A stretch of DNA of 29,421 nt from Saprolegnia diclina VS20 (taxonomy: Eukaryota): contig NW_008246097.1 in assembly GCF_000281045.1 (NCBI RefSeq), positions 234,530-263,950 on the forward strand. Direction: 5' to 3'. Positions 11,507-22,987 of the stretch are shown here, in pieces. Numbering within the stretch: position 1 is the stretch's first letter; every line of letters starts with the position of its first letter. The notes below the pieces were generated by a model, which made no database searches, was not told the DNA's origin, and saw only the letters and a list, made by a program, of their open reading frames with translations. Both the position numbers and the translations under genes were made by a program.

Positions 11507-11561
11507 GCGAAAATGCAGCGAAAATGCAGCGAAAATGCAGCGAAAATGCAGCGAAAATGCA
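11507..11561. repeat. Perfect tandem repeat, 11 nt x5 (GCGAAAATGCA)
   Basis: Read directly; lies between the convergent 3' ends of the ZIP and channel genes. Confidence 0.95.
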
Positions 11562-11593
11562 AGCGCTCAATACGAGATACCCGATACGACACG

Positions 11594-14500
11594 CTACGAC
11601 GTCTCGATGTCGGTCAAGGACGGGCCGGTGACGCGGCGGCTCGATGACTCGCCCGCCGCCTCGAGCGAGTCGATGAGTACGCGTGCACGGGGTCCCTTGG
11701 CTTCGTCCGCGTGGCTTGGCATGCTAGTCCAGCGCGTCTCTGGCGTCGTCCTCTTGGGCTCGACCGTGAATGCATTCATGTTGACAATCTATGGCAGGCA
11801 CTTGATAACTTGATACAAAAACAGACGACGTACGAGCTTGCGGCCGACCTTGGCAAACTGGCGCCGTACAGCCTCGTTCTTCTTGGGCTCGGCCTACGCC
11901 CAGGACGATGACGCTGGCGATGCCACGGACGAGGACGCACCTGTTTCGGGGCGTCGTAGACCGACTGTCCGTCAAAATCAAACTTCTTGAGCCGGCTCAC
12001 CAAGGTCGCGATCGCGCGATGCTTGGACTTGTCGCCGTCGCCGTAAAAGTTGACGAGCTTGACGATGATTCTGTCGACTGTGGCGTACGCGTCCAGCAGC
12101 GCCTTGTCGGTCACGACCGGTTGCTGGGTCGGGAAGCGCGGTACGTTCTGCGACGACGCCTCGCGCGCGTCGGCCTCTTTTTGAATTTTGAGCAATTTGG
12201 CCCGGATCTCCTTCATGATATGGTTGGAGATATCTACGTATTCCGATTGCTTCAAAATCCGTCGGAGAGAGAGAGTACTAGGGTAGTGCGAGTGGATATG
12301 GTCCATGCCGCTGCGGCTCAGGACGTAGAGGATGCCAAACGTCTTGCAGCGAATGCTCGCCGAGCGCTTGGAGTTCAAGAGCATCGCAAGCTCCCCAAAG
12401 TACGAGCCTTCCGAGAGTACCTACGCGCACAGCAGGATATGTCGAATTTGCATCGTATCGGACGTACCTTGCACAGCATTTCCTGGGGCGTGTTGGCGTT
12501 GATGACGACGTCGACCGTGCCTTTGACAAGAAAGTACATGTGGCGCCCAAACTCGCCCTAGACAACATGATATATGCGACGGTCGTTTCATGTCTACCTC
12601 GCGAAAGACAAACTCGCCGGGCGTAAAGCACTCTTGGTTGAGAATGCCCATGAGGTACGAGATGCACGCGTCGTCTTGGTTGGCAAAGAATGGAATTTTG
12701 GTGACCACGTCCTTGTTCAAGTGGATGACGAGCTGCGTGCGGAGGTCGTCCGAGAGCTCGTGGACGAGGTCCGAGTCGGCCGAGATCTCTTTTTGCGCCA
12801 AGTAAAACTCAAAGTGCTTGCGAATGCGCACACGGAGCGGTTTTGGCAAGTTGCGCTCGTTCATGTATTCCTATGCAATGTATTTATTTCAAAACTGAAT
12901 GTCAAAACTGAATGTCAAAACTCAATTTCAAAACGACAACGTACCTTGACGCGGTCCAGCTTTTCCTTGGCGATAGTGCCTTTTGTTTGCATTTGGTCGA
13001 CGAGCGCCGACATGGACCCAATGATGTAGCCGAAAATCGACGCGCCAAGCAGCATGTAGAACGTCACGTAGATGACTTCGAGCGGCGTCACGGGCAAAAT
13101 GTCGCCGTACCCGACCGTTGCCATGGTCGTGAAGCTAAAGTAAAGCGACGTGACGTACTTGTCGAACGCCGGCGCCGTCCACAGCGTCGGGCTGATCCAG
13201 CACTCGCCATAGATCTGCTGCGAGAGCTGCCCGATAAAAAAGAAGATGCAGGCCGAGAGATGCGCGATAAAACACACCTACATATATGTCTCCGCACACG
13301 AATCTCAATCTCAATTTCAAAGACGTACGTGCACAAAGAGCTTCATGAGGCGAATGGCGGCAGGGCTCAAGTCCAAGACGTTCTCGACACTGCTCACGCT
13401 GCGATTGAGTTTGAGGAGGCGCATGAGTTTGAGCAGCCGCGCGAGGCGCACGAAGCGAATGAGTTTGAGATTCTGGAACGACGAGACGGTCGTCGCATTC
13501 AGCTGCGCGGCGGACGGGCTCATGGCGTCCGCGACAGCTCCAATCGGAAACGTCGAGGCCACGTCGATCCAAAACCAAAATTTGAGATAGCTACGTAATT
13601 TGCGACATAGCCCGTCCAAAGGAAGTAGGAGCTATATACCGTTTGGCAATCTTCTGGGCGTCCATGACGAGCTGACTCTCGTCGTCGAGGTACCCGGTTC
13701 GAAAGTTGAGGACGATGTCAAGCCCAAACACACTATCGACGCAATAGTCCAACATCTAGCAGCACCCGCGTTTGCACAATCGTAGAAACAGTCTCGTACA
13801 ATCACGACCGGGTCGACGGTCATGTCCCCCATGTAGCCGCCTTGAAATGCGAATTGAAAAGGGATGCTCATGACGTTGTAGACGATCAAGACGCCGAGAA
13901 GGATGTCCCAGCGCAGCTTCCATGGGGCGTGCGGACGAATGAGCGCGCGCAGTCGCTTGGGTTGCGTAAACGCTTTCTCGTACTTGGGCTTCATACCTAC
14001 AAGCCAATGTGAATAGTTGATACAAAACACAATGCAAAGACCGTCCAAAATGACTTTTTTTGAAAAGACAGAGTTGAACACCGAGACGCGGGGGCTTAGA
14101 AAGTGGGGCAACAGCTTCAAAATGTGCGCGGGAAACTGCTCAATCGGCAGCGGCGTCCCATTCAACGAGATTTTGAGGTGCGGCCAGAGGTCTTCGACGC
14201 GCCGGAGCTGCCCCGGGTCGTCCTTGCACTTGTCGAACATCTAGACAAGAATAAGTACAAACGACGCACGAGTCGGGTGTACCGCGTAGCGCTGCATCAT
14301 GATGGCGTGGGTGTCCATGTAATTCTTCTTGCGGAGGTCGTAGTACTCGGTAAGAATTCTCTCCGTGTCGGGGTACTCTTCCAAGAGCGCGCCAAAGTCT
14401 TCCTTGAGCAGTGTGTACATTTCGCAATTCGTGAGGCTAATGTACGTATTCTCGCGGAGACAGTAGAAGAGCAGCGGGGCTTCGCCAAAATAGGTGTTTT

Positions 14501-16242
14501 CGCTGAGCACGTCGAGAAGGACGCGATGGCCTTGGATCGTCGAGTTGCACGCCGAGACTATGCCCGAGTTCAAAAAGTACATTTCCCGGCCCACCGTGTG
14601 CTCTTTGGCAATGACCGAGTCGGCCAAGAGGAAGAGCGGCTTGATGTTGGTGGCCATGTCCATGACAAATTGGGCATTGATGTTGCGAATGGCGGGAATC
14701 CTACGTATTTCACAATGAAATGAATCCAAATTGTCGACAATACCGAAAAATATCGCGGCACGTTTCGTGGACAACTTCGTTGCGCAGATTGAGCGACACT
14801 TCGCTGAGAATCGACGACTCGTCAAAGAGCGAGGCGCGCTGGAGGTAGTGCTCAAAGTACCTACAACACATGAGCGGGTTGTCGTTGCAGGACCAACGAG
14901 TACCGGCAGAGCTTGACCCGCAGCTCGTTGGGCAGCTTGTGCACGCGAATGTACTCCTTGACGTCCATCATCTTCATCTGGTACGCTGCCGCTCGCGTGT
15001 CCATGGACTCGAGCAGCGACGAGATGGAGCCGATGACAAAGCCAAAGACGGACGCGCCAATCATCATGGCAATCGTTGCATACAGGCGCTCCGAGACTGA
15101 GACTGCGTGGACGTCGCCAAAGCCAACGCCGGCGAGCGTCGTCATGACCCAGTAGAGACTGTACATGTACCGGATGCTGTCGCGCTCGAAGCGAAGGTCG
15201 TCGTCTTGGAGCCATGTCACGTTGGGCCGGTACGTCGAATAATCTGAGGTGGGACTGAGCGAGAGGCGGCGGCCCAATGGCGGATCCACGGGGCCGCCGA
15301 GCAAATGGAAGAAGCAGGCCATGACATGCGAGAGGAAGAGCACGAGCATGATGAGGCGGACGAGGCGCACCATGCCGGGGTTGAAGCCGAACCGATCTTC
15401 AGCCTACGAAGACAACACCGTCAAGACGACCACACGTTGGAGGTCGCACCGTTTTAAAGAAGACACGGAGCTTGACGAGCCGCGTGAGCTTGAGGATGCG
15501 AAAGACGCGGAAGATGCGGATGAGCTGAATCGAGTTCGAGTCGCCGAGGGTCGCGTTCGTGGCCGTCGCGACGGCTTGCAGCGGAAACGTCGAGAAAAAG
15601 TCGATCAGGAACCACGTCTTGACGTACTGCTTGGCGATCTCTCGGTGGTTGACGACGAGCTGGTCCTGCTCGTCGTGGTACCCCATCATAAAGTTGCGCA
15701 CAATGTCAACGCCAAAGAAGCCATCGACAAAGTTGTCGACCGTGGCCCAGAGTCCCGAGGCCACTTGGAGCCTACGCACGCATCGAGCCAAGTGCAAGCG
15801 ACGGTCTCAAGTACCCCGGAAAACACACGCCGAGTGGCACTGTGATACCGCTGTACGCGATAAGGACCGCCATGAAGACGTCCCACTGCGTCGCACGCGC
15901 GCTTTTCGGGTCGATGACGTACGTCTTCGGGCTCTGCGCCCTGGCCTTGATCTTGAGCATCGACCTGCGAATCGACGACCCATGGACGCTCTCGAGCGGC
16001 GGCGCGCTCTTGACCGACCGGGTCTGCGCGCTACCCTCGGCGGCGATTTGCACGTTGTTGTACCCGGTCTCGTACTGCGTGAGCTCTTGCGCGACCTTCT
16101 TGAGAGCCAAGTGGCGAATGCGGGGCGGCGCGATCGGCTTCTTGCGGCCCTTGGCCTTTGCAGAGCCGCTGGCCGTCATGGACGTTCGCACCGAGCCGCG
16201 CGTCGACGCAGACTTCTTCCCCATGCGCGCATTGACGTTCAT
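11594..16242 (-). CDS. Voltage-gated/cyclic-nucleotide-binding-domain K+ channel with two tandem 6TM-pore-CNBD repeats (many introns)
   Basis: Repeat 1: YVIDPKS...WD, S4 IRIFRVFRILKLTRLVKLR, pore YWVMTTLAGVGFGD, CNBD YFGEAPLL. Repeat 2: LIRPHAPWKLRWD, S4 IRFVRLARLLKLMRLLKL, pore YFSFTTMATVGYGD, C-linker ELSDDLRTQL, CNBD YFGELAMLLNSKRSASIR. Not all exon boundaries resolved. Confidence 0.88.
12890..12934. repeat. Imperfect 13-nt tandem repeat (CAAAACTGAATGT) within a channel intron
   Basis: caaaactgaatgt caaaactgaatgt caaaactcaattt caaaac. Confidence 0.8.
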
Positions 16243-16389
16243 AGTGCTGACGTAGAAAGTGCAATCTGGCGCCTTTTCGCAAATCCGCGCAAATGTTCCA
16301 GGCGTCGATTCACTGTCACTTGAAGGACAGGAGGATACGTTCGAGATAATATTAGAGTAGGATAGGATAGCGTCGCGTTGGATACTTGC

Positions 16390-17265
16390 TCACGACGTGG
16401 TGCGCCGCCACCATTTGTACCGGTTGTGCTTCTTTCGCGGCGCAACGGGCGACACGTCCGCGTCAGTGCCACCAAACATGGACGCGGACGACGTCGACCA
16501 GCGCAAGCAGTTGGTCTCCAAGCAAGCGGCCGTGCACGGCACGCTGCTGTACGTGCCGCTGTCGGGCGCTCGGATTTTCCATTTCAGGCCTGGCATGGTC
16601 GAGACCGCGCTGAAGAAGTGATGGACGAGCTGGAGGCGGCTGCGCCGGACGCGGGCGTCCAGAATCTGCGTGTTGCACGGCGTCGGAAGCGGCGGAATGC
16701 GGTGCGCGTCCGTCGGGTGAAGGCCGCGCAGCCCCACAGCGAGCTTGATGATGACGCCGTAGTCGTACCATTGCGTCAAGAGCCGGCCGTCGAGCGTCTC
16801 GATGCCAATGTTGAACGCCTCGACCCACCCGCCCTGCTAGCACAAACATCTGTGAATGTCTTTGCGAAGCGACGTGTACCTTGGCCGGCCGCTGCCGCGT
16901 CTCGATCGCCTAGAGGCAAGTCGTTGGAGCGTAGTTTCTAGCGAAGAGTACCGAGATGGACGTGAACGTGGTCGCGAGCTTGGCGAGGTCGCGCTTCATC
17001 GCGTTGTTCTCGTGCGCGATGCGCGTCGTCGCCTTGGGGTCGGCAAACTTCTCGAGCGTCGCAAGGAGCTGCAGGTTGTCTTGCTCGATGGCGAGGCGCT
17101 CGGCTTCGAGCCGCCGCAGCTTGCACATGGCGCTGCAGTCGTCGTCCGTAGCACACTCGTCGTCGTCGGCATGCATCTAGTCAGCGCATGAGCGATGCGT
17201 CAGACGTGGCGGCGTACGCTCGCGTCGAGCCATGCGATCGCAGCGTCGTTGTCGACGAGGCCCAT
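16390..17265 (-). CDS. Coiled-coil + divergent PX-like domain protein (cluster member 1, 4 exons)
   Basis: Exons 17265-17218, 17176-16952, 16909-16880 and 16836-16390 join in frame via 41-43 nt GT-AG introns. Product includes FNIGIETLDGRLLTQWYDYGVIIKLA...IPPLP...RVRRSRLQLVHHFFSAV...LKWKIR. Confidence 0.7.
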
Positions 17266-17469
17266 GGTTGGTATGTGCAGTCGTCCGCTCTCTGCAAAAT
17301 CGGTGGCGGCTGTCGGGAAAAACAGATGTCTCTTCGAAATCACCTGCCCCTGGCTCTCGCCAAGATGGTTCGCGCGATGTCGTCCCTGCTATTGACGCGA
17401 CAGGAAACGAGTCGCCAACGAGAAAGGACAGGTTGTCGTAGCCCAACGACTCGCTGCGAAGCGCCGTCC

Positions 17470-17660
17470 AGTGGCGTCGGCACTCGCCAATCGACGCCGC
17501 CTGTCGTCGAGGACGATGACACAAGGTGGAGACGCTCGCACATGGCTGTCACCGTGTGGCGTTCGTCTCCGACGAGGCGCGCGACAGGGCCGTCTTGCCG
17601 ACGCCACGAGCACGTCAGTGGTCTCTCGAATGTCATATTGTCTGCAAGCAAAAGCGCTTG
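17470..17660 (+). pseudogene. Possible decayed fragment of another PX-like cluster paralogue
   Basis: Across frame changes it reads VGTRQSTPPVVE / VETLAHG / VTVWRS / LPTP / QWSLECHIVCKQKR, echoing the family motifs in order. Confidence 0.3.
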
Positions 17661-17744
17661 CGTCTCTGCTGCATGAAGTCGATCACTCTACGTACGACAA
17701 GTGCGAGGAGTATTCGTATGCACGCGTTGAGTTAGTTTAGAGGA

Positions 17745-18803
17745 CTAGGGCCAGCCGTCGTCGTCGTCGTCGTCCGAGACCGTGGTGGCCGCCGACGGGC
17801 GCTGCGACGCGTTCTGCTTGACGACGCACGTTGCTTCGTCGATGCGGATCGCCCACTCGACAGCGCTGAGCGCTAGAATCGCTGCAAGAAACGCGTTTAG
17901 TCTTGCCATGCGTCTCTCGAGGCAGCGCGGCAGGTGCTTCTCGGCCTCCAGATTGGGTATGACCGGCCCGTACTTGGCGGTCAGCGATGCCGAGAGCTTG
18001 AGAAAGGTCTCGTGTCGGAACCACGCGCGCAGTGCGCCGCGCTCGGGCGTCTCGATCTCGATCCGGTACTGCGTCGCGCGACTGTTGAGAACCCACCGCG
18101 CGTCAATAATGCGCGCGGTGGCGAGCGTGACGCCTCCATGGAGCCCCAGCACGGACGCGAGCAGCTCGACGCGCTGTTGCAGGCGCCCAATCTCGGCGAC
18201 GACAAACGCCGGCGCTGAGCCAGCCGCGCAGGCCGCGTCGACAGCCGCAAGGCGTGCCTCTTCGCCAACGCGCGTCGCTTCGTGGTGGACCGCTTGAAGG
18301 GCGTCCAGCGGCAGCACCTGCTTGGTCTTGCGCCGACCGACGCGGTGTCCGTCGGCCATGCGGAGGCACCACTGCAGCGTCTCGTCGCGTAAAAGCGCAG
18401 CCAAGAAGGCGTTGAGGCGGTCCTTTCGCATCTCGATGGTACGGTCCGAGTGCGCCCCAAAGAGGTGCGTCGCCGATAGCTTGGGGAGCGGCGCGTGCAG
18501 CGACGCCGCGAGGCTGCGGAACGTGCTGTACCGGTGCCACGCACGCTGCGCGCCGCGCCAATCGGTCTCGATCACGAGCTCGTACTCGACAAAGCGGCGG
18601 CCCTGGACAAAGCACTGCCGGTGGCCCACGATGGTCGCTGCGACCGCCTGCGCCGGGCGCGTCTGCAGCACCTGCGCATAGAGCCGCGTCGCGCGCTGTG
18701 TCCAGCGGGCGCACTCTTGCAGCAACGGCGGATCTACCGCCGCATGGAGTCGCTTGGCGACTGCAGCGCGGCGTCGGTCGAGCTCGTCCGTCGTCGCGAA
18801 CAT
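17745..18803 (-). CDS. Protein with two tandem PX-like domains (cluster member 2); true start may lie further upstream
   Basis: Domain 1: FVEYELVIETDWRGAQRAWHRYSTFRSLA...LPKL...IEMRKDRLNAFL...LQWCLR. Domain 2: QYRIEIETPERGALRAWFRHETF...RRMARLNAFL...VEWAIRID. Confidence 0.85.
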   Translation of the reverse strand: MFATTDELDRRRAAVAKRLHAAVDPPLLQECARWTQRATRLYAQVLQTRPAQAVAATIVGHRQCFVQGRRFVEYELVIETDWRGAQRAWHRYSTFRSLAASLHAPLPKLSATHLFGAHSDRTIEMRKDRLNAFLAALLRDETLQWCLRMADGHRVGRRKTKQVLPLDALQAVHHEATRVGEEARLAAVDAACAAGSAPAFVVAEIGRLQQRVELLASVLGLHGGVTLATARIIDARWVLNSRATQYRIEIETPERGALRAWFRHETFLKLSASLTAKYGPVIPNLEAEKHLPRCLERRMARLNAFLAAILALSAVEWAIRIDEATCVVKQNASQRPSAATTVSDDDDDDGWP

Positions 18804-19017
18804 CTTTGCATAAATCTAGAACGAGTGGGAAAATGATGGTCGGCGAACGAGATTCCCCGAGGTATCTTTTTGGTGGCGACCTCGCCCTGGCGCTTGCAGC
18901 TTCCTGTGCTCTAAGAGCGCTTGCTGGACGCAGCGCGCGACGCGGCTCTGTGCGCAGGTGCTGCAGACGCGCCTGGCGCAGGCGGTCGCAGCGACCATCG
19001 TAGGCCACCGGCAGTGC
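18612..19017. repeat. Inverted repeat: arms 18612-18712 and 18917-19017 (101 nt, 6 mismatches, all transitions), 204-nt spacer
   Basis: The reverse complement of 18917-19017 aligns without gaps to 18612-18712 (manual alignment). Confidence 0.93.
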
Positions 19018-19147
19018 CGTTGTCTGTGCGGTGATCGGCAAGAGCTCCTTGGCTCGGCGCGGTAGCAACTCTGCCATAATACACACAAAGATACATTTAT
19101 CCACTCGCATCCTCACGACACAACTCGACACTCTACTACTGTTGGCC

Positions 19148-20305
19148 TCACGCCTCGTCATCGTCGGACGAGCCGGCAGTCGACGCCACCGAGACGCGGC
19201 TGTGGGCGCGTCGTGGCTTCTGGTACTTGAAGACGCGCGTGTCGTCGTCGACGCGGAGACCCCACTGCAGCTTCTCGTCGGCCATGGCGGCCTCCAAGTA
19301 CGCGTTGAGCTTGGCGACCCGGTCGATCATACACGCCTCCGAGAGGACGGTAAACACGCTGTGTTTTGGGAGCGATGGGAGGCCGCTCGCGCGATCTCCA
19401 TACTTGGTCAGCATGAGCGTTCGCAAGTGGTACAAGGTGCAGTAGCGGTGCCAGAGGGTGAGCGTGCCGCGGCTGTTGGTCTCGACCGCGAGCTGGTACT
19501 CGTCGACGTGGCGGCCGTGGCGCGTGACCTTGCGGCTTTCGACCACGCGCGCGCTGAGCATGTAGATGCGGTCACCGGCCGCCACGAGGCGCTGGAGCGT
19601 GCGGACGTCGTCTTGGAGGGCGCTTGTCTCGGCCGCCAAGATCTTATTGACGTCGCCGCTCGTGTACTCTGCGAGGCGCGCGCGCAGGTGCTTGAACTCG
19701 TCGTGCACATCGCAGTCTTCGGTCATGGCCGCCAAGACTGCGCGCACTTGAGCCGCTTGCGACGATGAATACCGCGTGGCTTTTGCACGGGCTTTGAGTT
19801 GGAAGACACAAATGTCATCGTGTACGCGGACACCCCACTCGAGCGCCTTGTTGTCGCAGATGCTGCTTAAGAAGTTGTCGAGTAGCTGCATGCGCTCGCG
19901 CAGCGCCGTCTCGGTGAACCGGCGCACCTCGGTGGACGGAACGTCGGGCACGACGGCGCCACTGGCCGTGAGCACCAAGGCAAGAGCCCGGAACTTTGCC
20001 TCCGTGTGCCACGTATACAGCGTACCGTGGGCAACGGTGTCGACTTGGATGCGGAATTCGGCGCAGTGGGCACCGTCGCACACGCGCTTGCGGCAGCCGA
20101 CGACCGACGCCGTCGCGAGGCGGATGTCTTGGGCGCGGGCGAGCGTCGACCGGAGGCGGTCGCGGTCGTGGGTGAGGCGGTCGCGGTCGGCGAGCATCGC
20201 GGGGTCGCCGTGCCACGCCACGTGGGCCTCGATCGACGTGCGCAGCGTTGCGTTCTTGGCCTCGAGGACTGGGCTGTCGGTCAAACTCACGGTGGGTCGA
20301 GTCAT
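19148..20305 (-). CDS. (Coiled-coil + PX-like) x2 protein (cluster member 3)
   Basis: ATG 20305 (MTRPTVSL). Domain 1: AEFRIQVDTVAHGTLYTWHTEAKF...RERMQLLDNFL...LEWGVRVHDD. Domain 2: DEYQLAVETNSRGTLTLWHRYCTL...LPSLPK...DRVAKLNAYL...LQWGLRVDDD. Confidence 0.85.
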   Translation of the reverse strand: MTRPTVSLTDSPVLEAKNATLRTSIEAHVAWHGDPAMLADRDRLTHDRDRLRSTLARAQDIRLATASVVGCRKRVCDGAHCAEFRIQVDTVAHGTLYTWHTEAKFRALALVLTASGAVVPDVPSTEVRRFTETALRERMQLLDNFLSSICDNKALEWGVRVHDDICVFQLKARAKATRYSSSQAAQVRAVLAAMTEDCDVHDEFKHLRARLAEYTSGDVNKILAAETSALQDDVRTLQRLVAAGDRIYMLSARVVESRKVTRHGRHVDEYQLAVETNSRGTLTLWHRYCTLYHLRTLMLTKYGDRASGLPSLPKHSVFTVLSEACMIDRVAKLNAYLEAAMADEKLQWGLRVDDDTRVFKYQKPRRAHSRVSVASTAGSSDDDEA

Positions 20306-22220
20306 TTCGTCAAATAGCCGAGAAAGTGCAAAGTGGTCGCGCGCGGAATGTTGGTCCTGCCAGCTGCGCGCAGCGGGATGCACTTTTGCAGCCAGATGCA
20401 AGCGGCCCCATGTGTGGGATCGTGGGGTGCGTAATGTGTGGGTCTTCCTGTGGTGCTCTTGGTCGTCGATGGCGCCAAGCAGCCGCGTGCGAGGAAGCGG
20501 CGGTGGCACGAGAAGGCGGTGAGCGCGTACAACGATCTCCAAACGGTTGGCTGCGCGTCTTTACGCCGCGATGCACGAAAGCACCCAAGTGGCTTGATGG
20601 ACGGTCGTACACTGTAGGGGTTTTACCGCCAAAACGCGCGTTTCCTCGGACCTCATACATTGCAGAGACCGCACGCAGGACGCGCGGCGATGGCGCAACC
20701 GTGTCTCGCTTTCTGTCTGATCACCCACGCATCCTCCCACTCCTCAACCAACTCAAGACGGAGTGCACCGCCTTTGGAGAAACTGTCAACCATTATCTTG
20801 CGAGAAGCGAGGGACAACGTTGACCGCACCGCATGCGTGCGATGGAGGTGACCATCGTCTCGACGCATTAATGTGGTGGCGTTGTGACCTCTGTATGCAA
20901 ATACGAGATTGGTAGTTAATGCTTCATGCCGAGAATGACCTTCTAGTTGTGCACGAGGTCCCTGCGCGCGACGCTAGCCACGCGTGGTATGCGTCAGCAA
21001 GCAAAACAAACGGGAGCCATTTGCGCTGGCGCCAAACGTAGTAAGCGAGAGGTGTAGGGTAGTAGCATCACGCCAACTTTGCACACGAGGCGTCGATTCT
21101 TCTGGCAAGAACCGACTTGTTGGTTCCGATGCCAACACAATGGGAAAGAGAAGAAAAGCACCTACGGGGCTCAAACTCCTTGGTTTGGACGAAGTCTCCC
21201 CTCTGCATCTTGACAGATTCGACCCTAAACAACGCCGTGGCCGCGTGTGCACCAAGAGTAGAACGCTCCATTACGCAAGTCGGGCATCTGAACGCCATGA
21301 AATGACTCCCGCCGGTTCACGAGCTACCTTCACAATAGTAACGTATCGCCGCCAGCTCGGGATGTTTCCTGTCGTACGTCAGAGACCGTTTGCGTTTCGG
21401 GGCTAGGAGCAGCGAAAGGTCGGTCGGAGGTGCTCACTGCGTCTGCTGTCCGTCGCTATTAGCTGTCGAGGGTCCGTGCACCAAAACTGCCAGCTCATGG
21501 GTGGTTGCGAATCATCACGCAGTGTTGCTACGAGTATCATCTCTTCACGAGCGAGACGACGCGACGACTCCATGACAAGAGGCAACTGCAGCCGTGCACA
21601 AATGAATTCAGGGTAGGCTTTTCGGTAAATATACGTTTAGGAGCCGATGTCATGCTTCCTAGCCGGCATCACGCCAGATATATTAGCGCGCTGACGAAAT
21701 GACGTTGCAGAAGGTTGCAAGCGTGTGCAACGCGTTTGCCATTACAACGACAGCGTCGACGAACTGTCGGCTGCAATCTTCTTGCCTCCGAGTACGCCTC
21801 ACGAGCGTCCGAACGTCTGATGCAACGCCACCTCAGTCGTTCTTCGGCGGAGACGACGCCCAAGGAAGGGACGGTGTGGATCCGGGCAAGTATTGTCGTT
21901 CAGCTTGCATGACAAAGGAAGCGCACTCTGCTGAACGCACGCCGTCACTGCCAGAGTCGAAGCTGACGATGCCACCTCAGCTTTTCCATCTCGTTGCCGC
22001 TCACCTCGCTCAAGATCAGTATTGGTACGACAGCGACAATGGTTGCTGGATGCCCGTCGTTGTGCGCTCAAGTACAAAGAGTTGGTGACCAGGACTTGCT
22101 GTGTCTGTGTGACCATGATGACGTGGCGCGGTTTCGTGCAAGCAGCGTGCTGACCCGAAGATCCGGCGATGGTTCGAAAATATACTTGGTGGAATGGCAC
22201 TGCTGATATTGCATCAAGAT

Positions 22221-22987
22221 ATGGACATCGCGGGTCTGCTGCTGGACCCGGCCAAGGAGCGCGACCGACTGCGGAGCCAGGCGAGCCAGCGCCGGTACCG
22301 TGCACGCAAAAAGGCCAAAGACGCACGGCTGCTCGACGACGTGACCACGCTCTGGTCCGAGATCACGCAGCTCGAGCAGAGGCTACTGCCGCGCAGCGTC
22401 GCGTCCTTCACGGGCGTCTCGCGCATCTGCCACGACTTTTACCACCACTTTGAGTTTGGCCTTCACATGCCGACGCACGAGCGACAGCTGCGGTTCGCGC
22501 ACAGCATGACGTCGCCGTCGCTCGTCTTCATGGGCGAGGTACACTTCTACGAGAGAAGCATGCGACCCACCCTCTGTAGGCGGACGGCATCACCATGATG
22601 TTCAAGCAGCTCGCACTGTACGCGTCCGTCTTTCCGACGTGCCACCAAGTGTGCGAGTCGGCCGAGACGTGCGCCGTCACAGAGGACGACATCGTCGTCA
22701 AGTGCCGCGTGCGCCTCCATTTGCGTCTTTCGCGCACGTCGGTCGCGATGGTCTACCCGTCGCTGCTCGCGAACGAGCTGCTCGTGCAGAAGCTTATTGG
22801 GCAGACACTCGCCGTGCCGGTTGTCACCTACTTTTATGTCGACAAGGCGTCGTCGACGGTCCATAACATTGTGGTGGACGCGGATATTGTGGCCGCCGCC
22901 ATCGCTCTCCTCGGCAGCGTCGAGGTCGCGGCCACTGCGCTCTCGACGTCCAAGCTCCTTGCGTCGGGTCCGATCCAGCCGTCGTAG
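22221..22987 (+). CDS. Oomycete-type bZIP transcription factor (2 exons)
   Basis: Basic region ERDRLRSQASQRRYRARKK, then zipper LLDDVTTLWSEITQLEQRL. Intron 22539-22579 joins in frame to the C-terminal part (TSVAMVYPSLLANELLVQKLIGQTL). Confidence 0.8.

Noticed and set aside
11507..11561. Short repeat arrays as a possible CRISPR
   Set aside because: Head-to-tail units with no spacers, eukaryotic context and no cas genes.
20306..22220. 1.9-kb gap inside the cluster with protein-like fragments (FLSDHPRILPLLNQLKTEC; MPPQLFHLVAAHL)
   Set aside because: No coherent gene model, terminal repeats or transposase motif could be built; possibly gene relics, needs tblastx.
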